A stretch of DNA of 64,000 bases from Octopus sinensis (Eukaryota). Position 1 is the first letter of the stretch, and every line of letters starts with the position of its first letter. Where the stretch lies: contig NC_043008.1 of assembly GCF_006345805.1 (NCBI RefSeq), positions 66,898,001 through 66,962,000 on the forward strand, given 5' to 3'. The position numbers and the translations under genes were made by a program. Below the pieces are notes generated by a model that saw only the letters and a program-made list of their open reading frames with translations, was not told the DNA's origin and searched no databases. Below, in pieces: positions 27,347-39,331 of the stretch.

Positions 27347-28366
27347 ACGGGAAGGTTTACGAAAATAAACAAAAGACGAAGGCAGGTTTACAAAAATAAA
27401 CAAAGGACGAAGGCAGGTGGAGTACAAACAAACAATGTATTAGTATGGTGCTCAGGAATAGAAATAAAACAAGTCTTTTACATTTCGAGCCTATGCTCTT
27501 CAACAGAAAGATACACAGAAAAGAAACAAGGAGAGAAAAAAATTGCGTGTAGGGGCTAAACGACAGGCTTCTTCCAGTTTCCGTCTACCAAATCCACTCA
27601 CAAGTCCAAGGCTATAGTAGAAGACATTTTGCCCAAGGAGCCACACAGTGGGACTGAACCCAGGACCATGTAGTTGGTAAGCAGCTACTTACTACACAGC
27701 CACTATGTATTTATTATACATATAATATACATTTATGTGTATATAGGTGTGTATATGTGTGTGTGTGTGTGTGCATGTATATAGGTGTATGTTTGTGCGT
27801 GTGTGCATGCTTATAGACAGATAGATATAAAGTAATATTAAGTAATAAACATTTAGAGGATAATTGAAGTTGTCTGTTATGATAGGTATGATGTTTACAG
27901 CCTTACAGTCAGCCCCATATTTGTGTTGGTCACTCTACCTACTGACTTGGTAAACAAACACCATTATCATAATCCGTCTACCATTAGTCAGAACTGTCTA
28001 TCGACTGTGATTATCGAGAAGCCAAAGGTTATTATTGATTGAAAAGATTATTGATCAGTTATGAATGATAAGAGAGATATAGTGATGGTGTTGGTGGTAG
28101 TTGTGGTGATATGGTGAGGGTTTTGGTTGGGGTTGGAGTTGGGATTGGAGATAAGGTAGCGGGGTTTTGATATTAATTCTCCAGACATATGTCTTTAAGA
28201 ATTATGATGCAGTTTTAAACAGCAGAGCAGGCAGGACCAAACAGTCAGACAGCCAGAGAGATATGCATGTAGAAAGATGAAAGGACAGACAGGGAAGCAG
28301 ACAGATAGATGGGCAGGCAGGTAGGCCAAAAGACAGACAGACGAAAAGATAGAGTGAGAAGTAGGA

Positions 28367-28398
<32 letters not shown>

Positions 28399-28712
28399 AC
28401 AGAGAGACAGACAGATAGATAGACTGACAGGCAGGCTGACAAAATAGACAGACATAGAATGATCAACTCTTAGATAGGCAGATTGATAAACAAAATGGCT
28501 AATCAAAGACAGACATGGATGCACTCACACGTGTGTGCGCGGTATGTATGTGTGTCTGCCCGGAGAAATGTGTATACATTTTGAAGGTATTGAAATCAAA
28601 ACCCACTACACTGATATTTGATACCATGGACAAATCAGAAATGGTGGTGGTGGTGGTGGTAGATCTCCATCATTCGATAATTAGAATTCAAACATGTACC
28701 AAACTCTGAAAC

Positions 28713-28746
<34 letters not shown>

Positions 28747-28792
28747 GTTATTGTTATTATTATTATTATTGTGTTTGTTATTGTTATTATTA

Positions 28793-28823
<31 letters not shown>

Positions 28824-28879
28824 TTTGAGATAAACAGGCTTATTGTCACCTTTGCAGTCCAATAAAAGCAGGGGGTTAA

Positions 28880-29099
28880 CCCTTTCGTTACCGTATTTAT
28901 TTTGAGATGCTCTGTGTTTCTTTCAATTACTTTAAATATAACAAAGAATTTAGTAAAATAACTTAGTCATCATTCAGCTAGTGTTAGGAACATTAATTGT
29001 GAGTAAGCTTTGGCGGAAGATTTTAATTCAAAACTTATGAAAACAAGACATTTGTACTCAGAGCCAGAGCCGACTTCAGCCGGGTTGGTAACGAAAGGG
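28880..29099. mobile_element. piggyBac-type MITE, family 1
   Basis: TTAA|ccctttcgttacc...ggtaacgaaaggg|TTAA. Confidence 0.9.
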
Positions 29100-31669
29100 T
29101 TAATGTAGAAATGACCCTGCAACATAATATGGTCAAGAAGTGGGTCTACATGAACCTTCAAGTAGTAATGCTTTCAAAATTGCTTTCAAATTTTGGCACA
29201 AGGCCAGGAATTTTGGGGGAGTGATTAAGTTAATTACATTGACCCCAATACTCAACAGGTACTTATTTTATTGACCCCCAAAAGGATGAAAGGCAAAGTC
29301 GGTCTTGGTGGAATTTGAACTCGGAAAGTAAATGCTGCTAAGTATTTTGCCTGGCACACTAATGATTCTGCTAGCTCACTGCCTTAGACTTCCATGTAAT
29401 AATAACCCCTGAAAATCATCATCCTACTTATATGTCCCATTGCAGGAGGACAGAACAAAATTGAGAATAATCAGGCTGAAGGTAAAGAGTAGAAAATCCA
29501 GTTGTACGAGGAGTGAAAATCCACTTGAGATCTTCCTGCCTAGAAAATGAAAAGTGAAGAAAAGAGAGGAGGATAGCAACAGGCAGCAGCAAGAACTGCA
29601 ACCAAGGAAGAAGACCACAGTTTCTGTTCCATTTGTTGCTACAATCATCTCACCACTTGATGTTTTGAGGATAGTTTGAACTGAACTAGAAACACAGTTG
29701 CCTCAGCACCAACATCACCAAAGGATGATGAGGAATAGAACTGAGAAACCCAAGGACTTCATTCCTTCCAGAGCATGGGTAGCCAGAGGCTTCAAGCTGC
29801 AGTTCAAACCCATCATCTAGTGGTGATGAAAAAGTGGTAAAATATTGTGATGACAATGAAGTCCACAGCCATGGGATTAAGTATTGTGGCCCTGAGATTG
29901 AAGATGGAAGGGATCATCATCATCATCATCATCGTTTAACGTCCGTTCTCCATGCTAGCATGGGTTGGACGGTTCAACCGGGGATCTGGGAAGCCAGAAG
30001 GCTGCACCAGGCTCCAGTCTGATCTGGCAGTGTTTTTACAGCTAGATGCCCTTCCTAACGCCAACCACTCTGTGAGTGTAGTGGGTGCTTTTTACGTGCC
30101 ACCGGCACAGGTGCCAGGCGAGGCTGGCAATGGCCACAATCAGATTGGTGCTTTTTACGTGCCACCAGCAGATCCTGAAATGTAAACATGGTAATGAGGG
30201 ACAAAAAGATGAGATTTTAGAGCCAGATTTAGAGAGGCAGGCAAATGATAGGATGTTATTGAAGAATATAAACACAGTGGATAAAAATATATAACCAATC
30301 AGGTTAATCTATTAACCTTTCTCCCCAAATATGTGGATCTAAGCTTGAATTAAAATCTACAACCATCATCATCATCATCATCCTCCTCCTCCTCATCATT
30401 ATTATCATTGGTGTTGTTGTTGCTGCAGTTTTGCTATTTTGTCTGACAGAGCCTCACGTCAACATAAGAAAAGTACCTAATTTTGGTTTCTCTAGCACAA
30501 GTGAATAAGACAAACATATTCACCTTGCAGTAGTAAACCAGTTGCTTACAGCAGAAAACATGTAATTGAAATCAGTCACACAAGCCAGCAGTTTCATCAT
30601 TAATTCTACATGTGTGTGTTTGTATGTCTGTGAGAGAGAGAGTGTGTGTGTGTGTGCTTGTTAGCAGATATATTACAAACCTACACATGTGGATTTATAT
30701 ATTTTGAACATATACAAACACACTTCACATTCTCTTAAAGTTTCTAAATTCTTATGACGTATACAATGTACGTATGTTTGCATGTATGTATGTATATAAC
30801 ATGTAAATATTGGAAATGTTATTGCAGATATCAGTTACTATATAAATACAAAGAGATAGATATTAAAATTATTATGATATTAAAACACAGAGAGGAAAAG
30901 TATTTATATAGATAAAAACAAAAATAAAGATTAATTTAATTAAGTCTTTAAGGTAATAATTTCTTGTTACAAGCTTATTAAGAATATAATGTAATAAGTA
31001 TAAATTAATTAATTACTATACATATATGTGTATATGTTCATGGGTGAGTGAGCATGTGTAAGGATGTGTGTATATCCACCTATCTATCTAGTTGTCTTTT
31101 TATCTAAACAAATGTAACATATATTCTCCATGCCAGCATGGAGAATGGATACTGAGTGATGAAGTGTTGATGACAATCATATATACATATGTATGTATTA
31201 TATATATATATATCTGTGCATATGCTTGTATAATTCTTGCATTCTAAATATATATATAGTCTTTTACTTGTTTCAGTCATTTGACTTTGGCCATGCTGGA
31301 GCACCGCCTTTAGCTGAGAAAATCGACCCCAGGACTTATTCTTTGGAAGCCTAGTACTTATTCTATTGGTCTCTTTTGCCAAACCAATAAGTTACAGGGA
31401 CATAAACACACCAGCATGAGTTGTCAAGCGATGTTGGAGGGGACAAACACAGACACAGAAACATATACACACACATACATATATATATATATATACACAT
31501 ATATACAACGGGCTTCTTTCAGTTTTCATCTACCAAATCCACTCACAAGGCTTTGGTCAACCCAAGGCTTTAGTAGAAGACACTTGCCCAAGGTGCCATG
31601 CAGTGGGACTGAATCTGGAACAATGTGGTTCAATAAGCAAGCTACTTATCACACAGCCATTCCAGGTTG

Positions 31670-32525
31670 CATAAGATATTTGAGGACAGATTTATGTTTA
31701 TAAAAAACAGATATATAATAACAGATAATAACTTTATTTATCATAAAATGCTATGAGGATAAAAATAAACCTTTTTTTCGATAATGTTATTCAATAAAAC
31801 CACCTTCAGCCTCAACAATTGCTTCTATATGAGATCTAAATCATCTACATGTTACAAGTGGTCCTGGTTCATTTGGGACATTACTCTGACTATGGCAGCT
31901 TTCAAAGAATCTTTGGTGTTATGGGCATGTTCATTGACCTCAACAATGTTCCACATGTAATAGTCCAATGGATTGAGATCTGGGGAATTAGGAAGCCAAA
32001 TGTTAGGGGTTATGTGATCATGAAAATTTTCAGCCATCCATTCTTGTGTTACTAGAGCCATGTGTAATAGTACAGAATCTTACTGAAACACATATGGCCT
32101 TCCATTGCATACACTGTCTACCCAGGGCTTAACAATTATTTCCAGGATTTTAATATAGGCAGCAGAGTTAACTCTAAGGCCTTGTGGAAAGACGTAAGGA
32201 GGCAACCCCTAAATCCATGACAGTTGTAGGAAATTTTGTATGCATAACACTTGGAACTTCAGAAGGGTCTGCACATAACCACCTGTCATTTCTGTTAACT
32301 TTTGATTTTGGTCGAAGTTTTCTCGTTTGAGAAAAACCAAATCAAATCTTCCTCTGCTGGATTTTTCAGTTTGTTTAAGAGCCTTTTAGATCTGATGAAG
32401 TGATTTTCTTTTGCATTTTGTGACAAACTGACCTTTCCTCATCATATAAGACATATCTGATGTTTTCGTGAATAACATTTCTGACTGTTCCTTCTGACAC
32501 ATGGAGATCTTTTGCAATTGATCTC
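31670..32525 (-). mobile_element. Tc1/mariner transposase relic, DD37D/maT-like
   Basis: WLPNSPDLNPLDYYMWNIVE...HNTKDSLKAAIV in ORF 31852-32061. Upstream transposase-like sequence is degraded. Confidence 0.8.
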
Positions 32526-33774
32526 ATGGACTTTCTGAGATTGTATTCAATGGTCTGTAGAACTTGCTGGATAAATTCAGGGGTTCTGATGATTTGAGGG
32601 CATTTAGAATGCTTTTTATGCTTTGATACTGGTGATACATTTCCACCTCCAGTCTACTGATAATTTCTAGTAAAAGGAAATCACATAAATGGGAGTTCCA
32701 GTATCTATGACAGGCAATTCTCATCTGCTATGATCTATGAGTGCTTTTATGCTCCAAGTGCCTCTCAAGGATCCTTCAAGACTAATAATGTGGTATTCAG
32801 TATTCTAACAGACATCCATGTTAAGGTAGATATAAAGATTACTTTTGGTACACTGCTTTTGTCAATAACAATATTTAATAAGTCTGCTGGTTATTTGCGA
32901 AATCAGCATCTGCAAAGATGCTGCTATTCTGTATATTCTTTTCTACACAAGGCCCAAAATTTTTTGGGAAGGGGCCAGTGAATTAGATCAACTCCAGTAT
33001 GCAACTGGTACTTAATTTATCGACCCCGAAAGGATGAAAGGCAAAGTCAACCACAGCAGAATTTGAACTCAGAACGTAGCGGCAGACGAAATACCTATTT
33101 CTTTACTACCCACAAGGAGCTAAACACAGAGAGGACAGACAAATGGATTAAGTCGATTATATCGACCCCAGTGCATAACTGGTACTTAATTTATCGACCC
33201 CGAAAGGATGAAAGGCAAAGTCGACTGCGGCAGAATTTGAACTCAGAACATAAAGACAGACGAAATATCGCTAAGCATTTCACCCGGTGTGCTAATGATT
33301 CTACCAGCTCACCACCATGTGGTGACTGGATATCACTCATTGAGGATTTTCAATGAAAGGGAATCATGTAATGTGGGAATTCTGGCACTCCTGACAAACA
33401 AGTTGCTTCTGCTACAATCTATGTGGGTAGTTTTATGCACCTAGTGCTTATATGATAGAATTTCTCAAGGCTAATAATGAAGAATTCAGTGTTCTAACAA
33501 TACATTCATATTACTTTGGACATAAAGATTACTTTATACATATATATTGCATGATACAATTAGATGACAATTTTTTTACCAAATGCAGAAACACCGTTAG
33601 AACAGCAGAAATATTGGGTAAATTACTTTTATAAATTTTTCCTCTTTGTAAGAGTAGTTTACCAAATATTTCTGCTTTTCTAATGACGTTTCTGCATTTG
33701 GAAAAAAAAAATCATCATCTAATTGTATCATACTATACACATTTTGATGCTTACAAAAACACAAATGCTAGTTT

Positions 33775-33819
<45 letters not shown>

Positions 33820-34241
33820 TATACATACATATATATATATATACATTCACACATACATACATATATCTACACACACACATATACACATACATACACATAC
33901 ATGCATGCACACACACATATGTGAAAGGGCATCACTTAGTGGTCAGGATGATACACTCACGACTGCAAAATCATGGTATTGATTCCCTGACAAAGAATTG
34001 TATTTGTTGTTCTTGAGTAAAGCACCACATTTCACGATGCTCTGCAATCATTTCATCATCTGACATGTGTCATGTCATGCACCTCTCAATTTGAGGAAGA
34101 GAGTGGGCTTATGTGAACACAAACATTTGATAACAATAAACACATCAGGTGTGTGGTTGTTCAGCAAGAAATTGCAGAACCCTTAAATATCATCTAACGA
34201 CAAGAGAGTTCATTTTATATATGTGAATATATATATACATA

Positions 34242-34273
<32 letters not shown>

Positions 34274-34578
34274 CAAATTGAGATAGGGGTTGTAAATGCA
34301 ACCCTCTATGGGATAACGTATATCCAATATACTGCTAGTGAAGTACCCAACAAAGTTAATACATAAATGTTAATGATTGCGATGCAATCAATTCATTTAC
34401 TGTATTATATGGGCAAAGGTAAAATGATTTACCACAAATTACTAATACAAGATAAGAAAATGGAGAAATTTTATATGTAACCCTACAGTCTCTTATGTGG
34501 TGGTTTAATAAAGTATGTGATTGAGTATTATCGAGTAATTGATATTTGATTTAGATGTATTTCTCCATTTTCTTATCT

Positions 34579-34630
<52 letters not shown>

Positions 34631-34639
34631 CACATACAT

Positions 34640-35105
34640 ACAGACACACAAAAAACCCCATCCTGGAATAGAAAATTTTCTCATTATTAAATACATACAT
34701 AAACATCAACACAAAGAATATCGGTGGAACATTCCCATCAAAACTTCTATCAACTGCAAACATAACAAGCTGTATATTATTGTTTGGGACTCACAAGAAA
34801 AAGGATGTGCTATCATATAGGTCAACCCTCTTGCTGATATGAATATTTCTTTGAAAATCAAAAAGAAAGAGGATAGCTATGGACAACGGTTTCAAAACTT
34901 CCAGCTTCTTTATCCAGATTACAAATTTACATTTATACTAATAATAATTGGTGAACTTCGTTTTGTGAGTAAATGCCTGAGCGACAATCTGGAAAAGCCG
35001 GAACTTTCAGAAAAAGAAATCAACCAGCTAACATGTACTTTACAAATATTATCAGTAAATGGAAGAGTAAAAGTATGTAAAACTTTTCTCAAGTTCAAAA
35101 TATGA
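34640..35105 (+). mobile_element. Non-LTR retrotransposon C-terminal restriction-like endonuclease relic (R4/Dong/NeSL-like)
   Basis: WNIPIKTSINCKHNKxxIIVWD...K...K..SY...LQLLYPDYKFTFILIIIG...KVCKTFLKF resembles the PD-(D/E)xK RLE tail. Confidence 0.7.
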
Positions 35106-36156
35106 AATTAGTTTTGTTTATCTACATTTCAATGATGAAGATACAAATCTTTGTTAGAAACCAACTCCTTCCTTGCAGGAAGACTTCAAATAATTTGATA
35201 TAGAAGAGAACATATCTTTAATTGTATACTAATAAAAATAGTTTAAAGCACTATAAAAAACAACAACAGTAGGGCGTGATTTTGAAGTCTACTTTTTGGC
35301 AACTATTTCAAGTACTTAATTGTGCTTGTGTCAGTATCGATTCTAAGCTCAGCCTAGTGAATTCACTTTATCACCAACAGAAGCTAGCCACATTCAGCAA
35401 TCACAGATGTCCAATGGGAATATTTTAAATTATAACTGCAATAGTAGCCACTATACATACATATATATATATAACGTGGCAGAACACATAAAAGCACCAA
35501 CTGATCGTGGCCATTTGCCAACCTCCTCTGGCCCCTGTGCCGGTGGCACGTAAAAAGCACCCACTACACTCACAGAGTGGTTGGCGTTATGAAAGGCATC
35601 CAGCTGTAGAAACACTGCTAGATCAGACTGGTGCCTGGTGCAGCCTCCATGGCTTACCAGACTCTGGTCAAACCATCCAACACATGCTACCATGGAAAAC
35701 GGACGTTAAACAATGATGATGATGATGATATATATGTGTGTGTGTGTATGTATGTATATATACACACATCCATGCTGGTGGCACGTAAAAAGCACCATTA
35801 CATTTTTGGAGTGGTTGAAATTAAAAAGGGCATCCAGCCGTAGAAACCATGCCAAATCAGGGTGCATCTCACCAGCTTACCAGTTTCAAAATGTCTAACC
35901 CATGGCAGCATGGAAGGCAGATGCTAAATGATGATGATGATGCTGAAACATGTTGAGTGACAGACTGGTTAGTTTGTTGGTTGCTTGCTTGCTTGCTTGC
36001 TTGGTTAGTTGTACTGGTCAAAACCATGAGTTTAAAGAAAAAAACCTGCTTAAGTTTGCATCAAATACTGCAGTGAAATGAAACCATTTCAATAAGAATG
36101 CTTTCTGACATTTCAAAGACAGAGTCATGATTTATAAGGAAAAAAAATTTTTTTTA

Positions 36157-36242
36157 ATGATTTCTCTTACCTAGGATAGGTGTTGCATTAGAATCAGGTG
36201 TGTTCTTAGCGACAAGTAATTCGAGTACATAAAGCGTAAGAA
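36157..36242 (-). other. Partial tandem duplicate of the 3' end of the receptor exon, including its splice donor
   Basis: About 85-nt near-identical copy of ~36378-36463 with 3 substitutions: E to K (GAG>AAG), a silent GCT>GCA, and donor gtaagt>gtaaga. Confidence 0.9.
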
Positions 36243-36391
36243 TTTTTTTAAAATCTTTTAAAAATTAAAAAAAAAAATTTTTTTTTAATTTAAAAAATTT
36301 TTTAAAACTTAAAAAAAATTTTATATAAAGTTTAAAAAATTTTTTAAATTAAAAAAATTTTTTTTTAAATTAAAAAAATGATTTCACTTAC

Positions 36392-36939
36392 CTAGGATAG
36401 GTGTAGCATTAGAATCAGGTGTGTTCTCAGCGACAAGTAATTCGAGTACATAAAGCGTAAGAAAAACAGTAAGTCCTATGGCAATTTTTTCTCCACAATG
36501 ACAGGGAAGCAGGAATGAAGCTAAAGTCATCACACACAACATCAGAGTTGGTGCGATTACAATATAATCATAGTACAAAGACTTCCGGTCGATCTCAATT
36601 GTGAAATGAATCATGGGGTGCCATCCGTCTCCAGGACAACAATCACTGTCGGCTGCAACGCGAGAAAGACTGACGTTCAGCAGTACAAATTCACTGTTCT
36701 CAACGTATTTTGATAGATCCGGCTTACTGGGTTCGTTGAAGAGGTTTAGTTGCTCTCCATCATAAACCCATGACCCGAAGCGCACTGTACATTGTTGACT
36801 ATCGTACGGAAAATAGGTAACATCTACAGAGCATGAAGATTTTATCATTAGTGGCACCATCCAACGTACTCTTCCTGACGGCTTGATCATAATCTTACTT
36901 CCAGTCACATTCACATAACCAGCATTGTTTTCTGACGCC
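36392..36939 (-). CDS. Internal exon of a nicotinic acetylcholine receptor-like (Cys-loop pLGIC) alpha-type subunit, covering loop E, Cys-loop, loops B and C, M1, M2 and the M2-M3 linker
   Basis: Translation has the Cys-loop CSVDVTYFPYDSQQC, loop B FGSWVYDG, vicinal CC, pre-M1 DRKSLYY, and M2 GEKIAIGLTVFLTLYVLELLVAE followed by PDSNATPILG. Acceptor ttttacag|G (AG at 36941-36940) and donor CTAG|gtaagt (GT at 36391-36390). Length is 548 nt = 1 + 182 codons + 1. No other exons of the gene were found in the window. Confidence 0.95.
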
Positions 36940-37210
36940 CTGTAAAACACAGATGGAATAATACGGTGGTACTATAAGCATTTGAAAATATACATTACAA
37001 TATTATAAATATTACAAAGTCATAAGCAAGACGTATTTTGTACTGTTTCAGACATTGATTTAATTCACACACACACACACACAAACAATGCAACACAAAC
37101 ATACAAACACACAGAGGTACACACACAGAGGCACATACACACATCGTGTAAAACAAAGACAAATGCAGGTATATCAAACACCATACAACATAAATCCTTG
37201 GTTTATTTAA

Positions 37211-37431
37211 CCCTTTAGCATTTAAACCGGCCATATCCGGCCAGAAGTATTCTGCCTGTTTTATGTTCAAACTGGCCAGATCTGGTCTCTCACACCAACC
37301 CTACAATATTGTTTTAAAAATTAACAGCTACCTCATCAAAATCTCATAGCTACAAGGTAATGCATGTTTAATTAAAAACAATGTAGATGAAGAAGCATTA
37401 ATTTTGGCAGAATAATGTGAACACTAAAGGG
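37211..37431. mobile_element. piggyBac-type MITE, family 2
   Basis: TTAA|ccctttag...ctaaaggg|TTAA. Confidence 0.85.
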
Positions 37432-37857
37432 TTAAATTATCTTCACTGCTGTAGGATGTGTCTCAATCACTAAATGGTAATTGGGAACAGCTTCATATAA
37501 AAAGAAAAGGGAATCTAAGGAATCAAGTGTTCTCCTAATATGTCACACCGTCAAAGAAAGGTGCAGGCTTATTGCCCCATTGTTAGATGATGGACGAGGG
37601 TTTCACAGTTTTTTGCTGGACAACCACACTGATGCTTTGTTATGGTGATCAAATGTTTGTGTTCACATAAGCTCATTCTCTCCATCAAACTGACATTGCC
37701 TGTACAGGTGCACAAGTGCCACACGTCAAACATTGAAGTGATTACAGAGCAAAGTGAGATGAAGTATCTTGCTCAAGAATCGAAACTACGATCTTGTGAT
37801 TTGTTTATGTATGTATATATACATACATACATGCGTATGTATGTATGTATGTATGTA

Positions 37858-38262
37858 GGCGCAGGAGTGGCTGTGTGGTAAGTAGCTTGCTTACCAACCT
37901 CATTGTTCTGGGTTCATTCCCACTGCGTGGCACCTTGGGCAAGTGTCTTCTACTATAGCCTCGGGTTGACCAAAGCCTTGTGAGCACATTTGGTAGACGG
38001 AAACTGAAAGAAGCCCGTCGTATATATGTATATATATATATATGTACGTGTGTGTATATGTTTGTCCCCCCCACTCAACATCGCTTGACAACTGATGGTG
38101 GTGTGTTTACGTCACCATGACTTAGCGGTTCGGCAAAAGAGATCGATAGAATAAGATCTAGGCTTCCAAAGTATAAGTCCTGGGGTTGATTTGCTCGACT
38201 AAAAGGCAGTGCTCCAGCATGGCTGCAGTCAAATGACTGAAACAAGTAAAAGAGTAAAGAGT
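37858..38262 (+). mobile_element. tRNA-derived SINE family A (head ggcgcaggagtggctgtgtggtaag, tail gtaaaaga repeats)
   Basis: Pol III A/B boxes in the head. Other copies at about 5108-6120(+), 10445-10830(-), 19113-19486(-), 25612-25955(+), 27088-27705(-), 31260-31660(-), 59637-60030(+) and 62330-63120(-). Confidence 0.85.
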
Positions 38263-38352
38263 AAGAGTATGTTTTATCTTCTCTCTCAAGTTCCATACAT
38301 ATTTCCACATGGACTCCTTGTAGGTTGTTTGAAACAGCAAAACTTCCTGAAA

Positions 38353-38397
38353 CAGTTACCAATGTTTCTAGACTTTTATAGTCTCATCTTCAGAATG
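38353..38397 (-). ncRNA. Degenerate hammerhead motif
   Basis: catt-CTGAAGA-tg[agact/agtct]a-GAAAC-attg-GTA-actg, with one mismatch in stem I. Confidence 0.45.
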
Positions 38398-39293
38398 AAG
38401 TGATGATGGAGTGTGTTGATACATCTTTATAATAGATAAGGCCAATATAAATGAATAGCCAAACCCTAGGAAATGTCAGAGATAAGAGCATCATAAACAT
38501 AGACAATAAACCATAAGATTTATTCTGAGGTGCATATCATAAAAATAGACATTCACACAACAATAACGAAATACTCAACATGAAACTTGGCCAAGCTGTG
38601 CATGATTTTAAAAATAATGACATTACAAGAACCACATTGTTGTGATGAATTCATCCCAGTACATAACTACGATTCTTATAACATAAAACTGAAATAATAC
38701 AAATGGTATGGCTGATGGGGCATTAAGATATAAGGTTAGAAATATAAGTGTAAGTGTTTGTAACAAAAGTGCAATACAAAAGGTGGTATATATAAAATGT
38801 GGAGGAGAAAACAGGAGAAATTTTCAAGAAAGAAGAATGGAATGAGTAAATAAATATCAAGAGGGTTAAACAGATGCTAAGTAGAGTAGTATAAGAGAAA
38901 AAAGTAGAAGTGGAATACATAGCAAAAAATATATAACAGTCACATTATTTTAAAGTTTTGCTGATAAGATAACTTTTTTTTGTTTTTTTTTGTATTTTTA
39001 CATCTATAGAAAGTGATAGTGCTCACAGGTTTTGCAGACCAAAATAAATTTATACAATGCTGTGATGATGAGGAAAGTTTACATTTATGAGGCAGAGGGG
39101 TGAAAAAAAGGATGGAAAGAAGTGAGGAAATGAGAGAGTTTGATGTAAATGCATTAAAGTTAGTGAGTGTGGTGAAAGTGAGCTGTTTATATGTAAACAG
39201 AGTAAAAGAGGACTAAATAAGGAAGGAAAGAAGATAGATAAAAATCACTATAAGATAAAGAAGGGGAACGAAAAGTGAATTGGGAATATATAT

Positions 39294-39331
<38 letters not shown>

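Noticed and set aside
29440-29490. Plus-strand micro-exon-like segment ttgcag|GAGGAC...GAAG|gtaaag
   Set aside because: No recognisable product or partner exons, so it cannot be distinguished from chance.
32525-32930. Coding-like stretch, possibly an LTR-retrotransposon pol relic
   Set aside because: No diagnostic motif could be read with confidence.
36392-36939. Calling the exon an octopus chemotactile receptor or giving it a CHRNA symbol
   Set aside because: It retains the vicinal Cys and loop B Trp and is an isolated intron-flanked exon. Orthology needs a phylogeny I cannot run.
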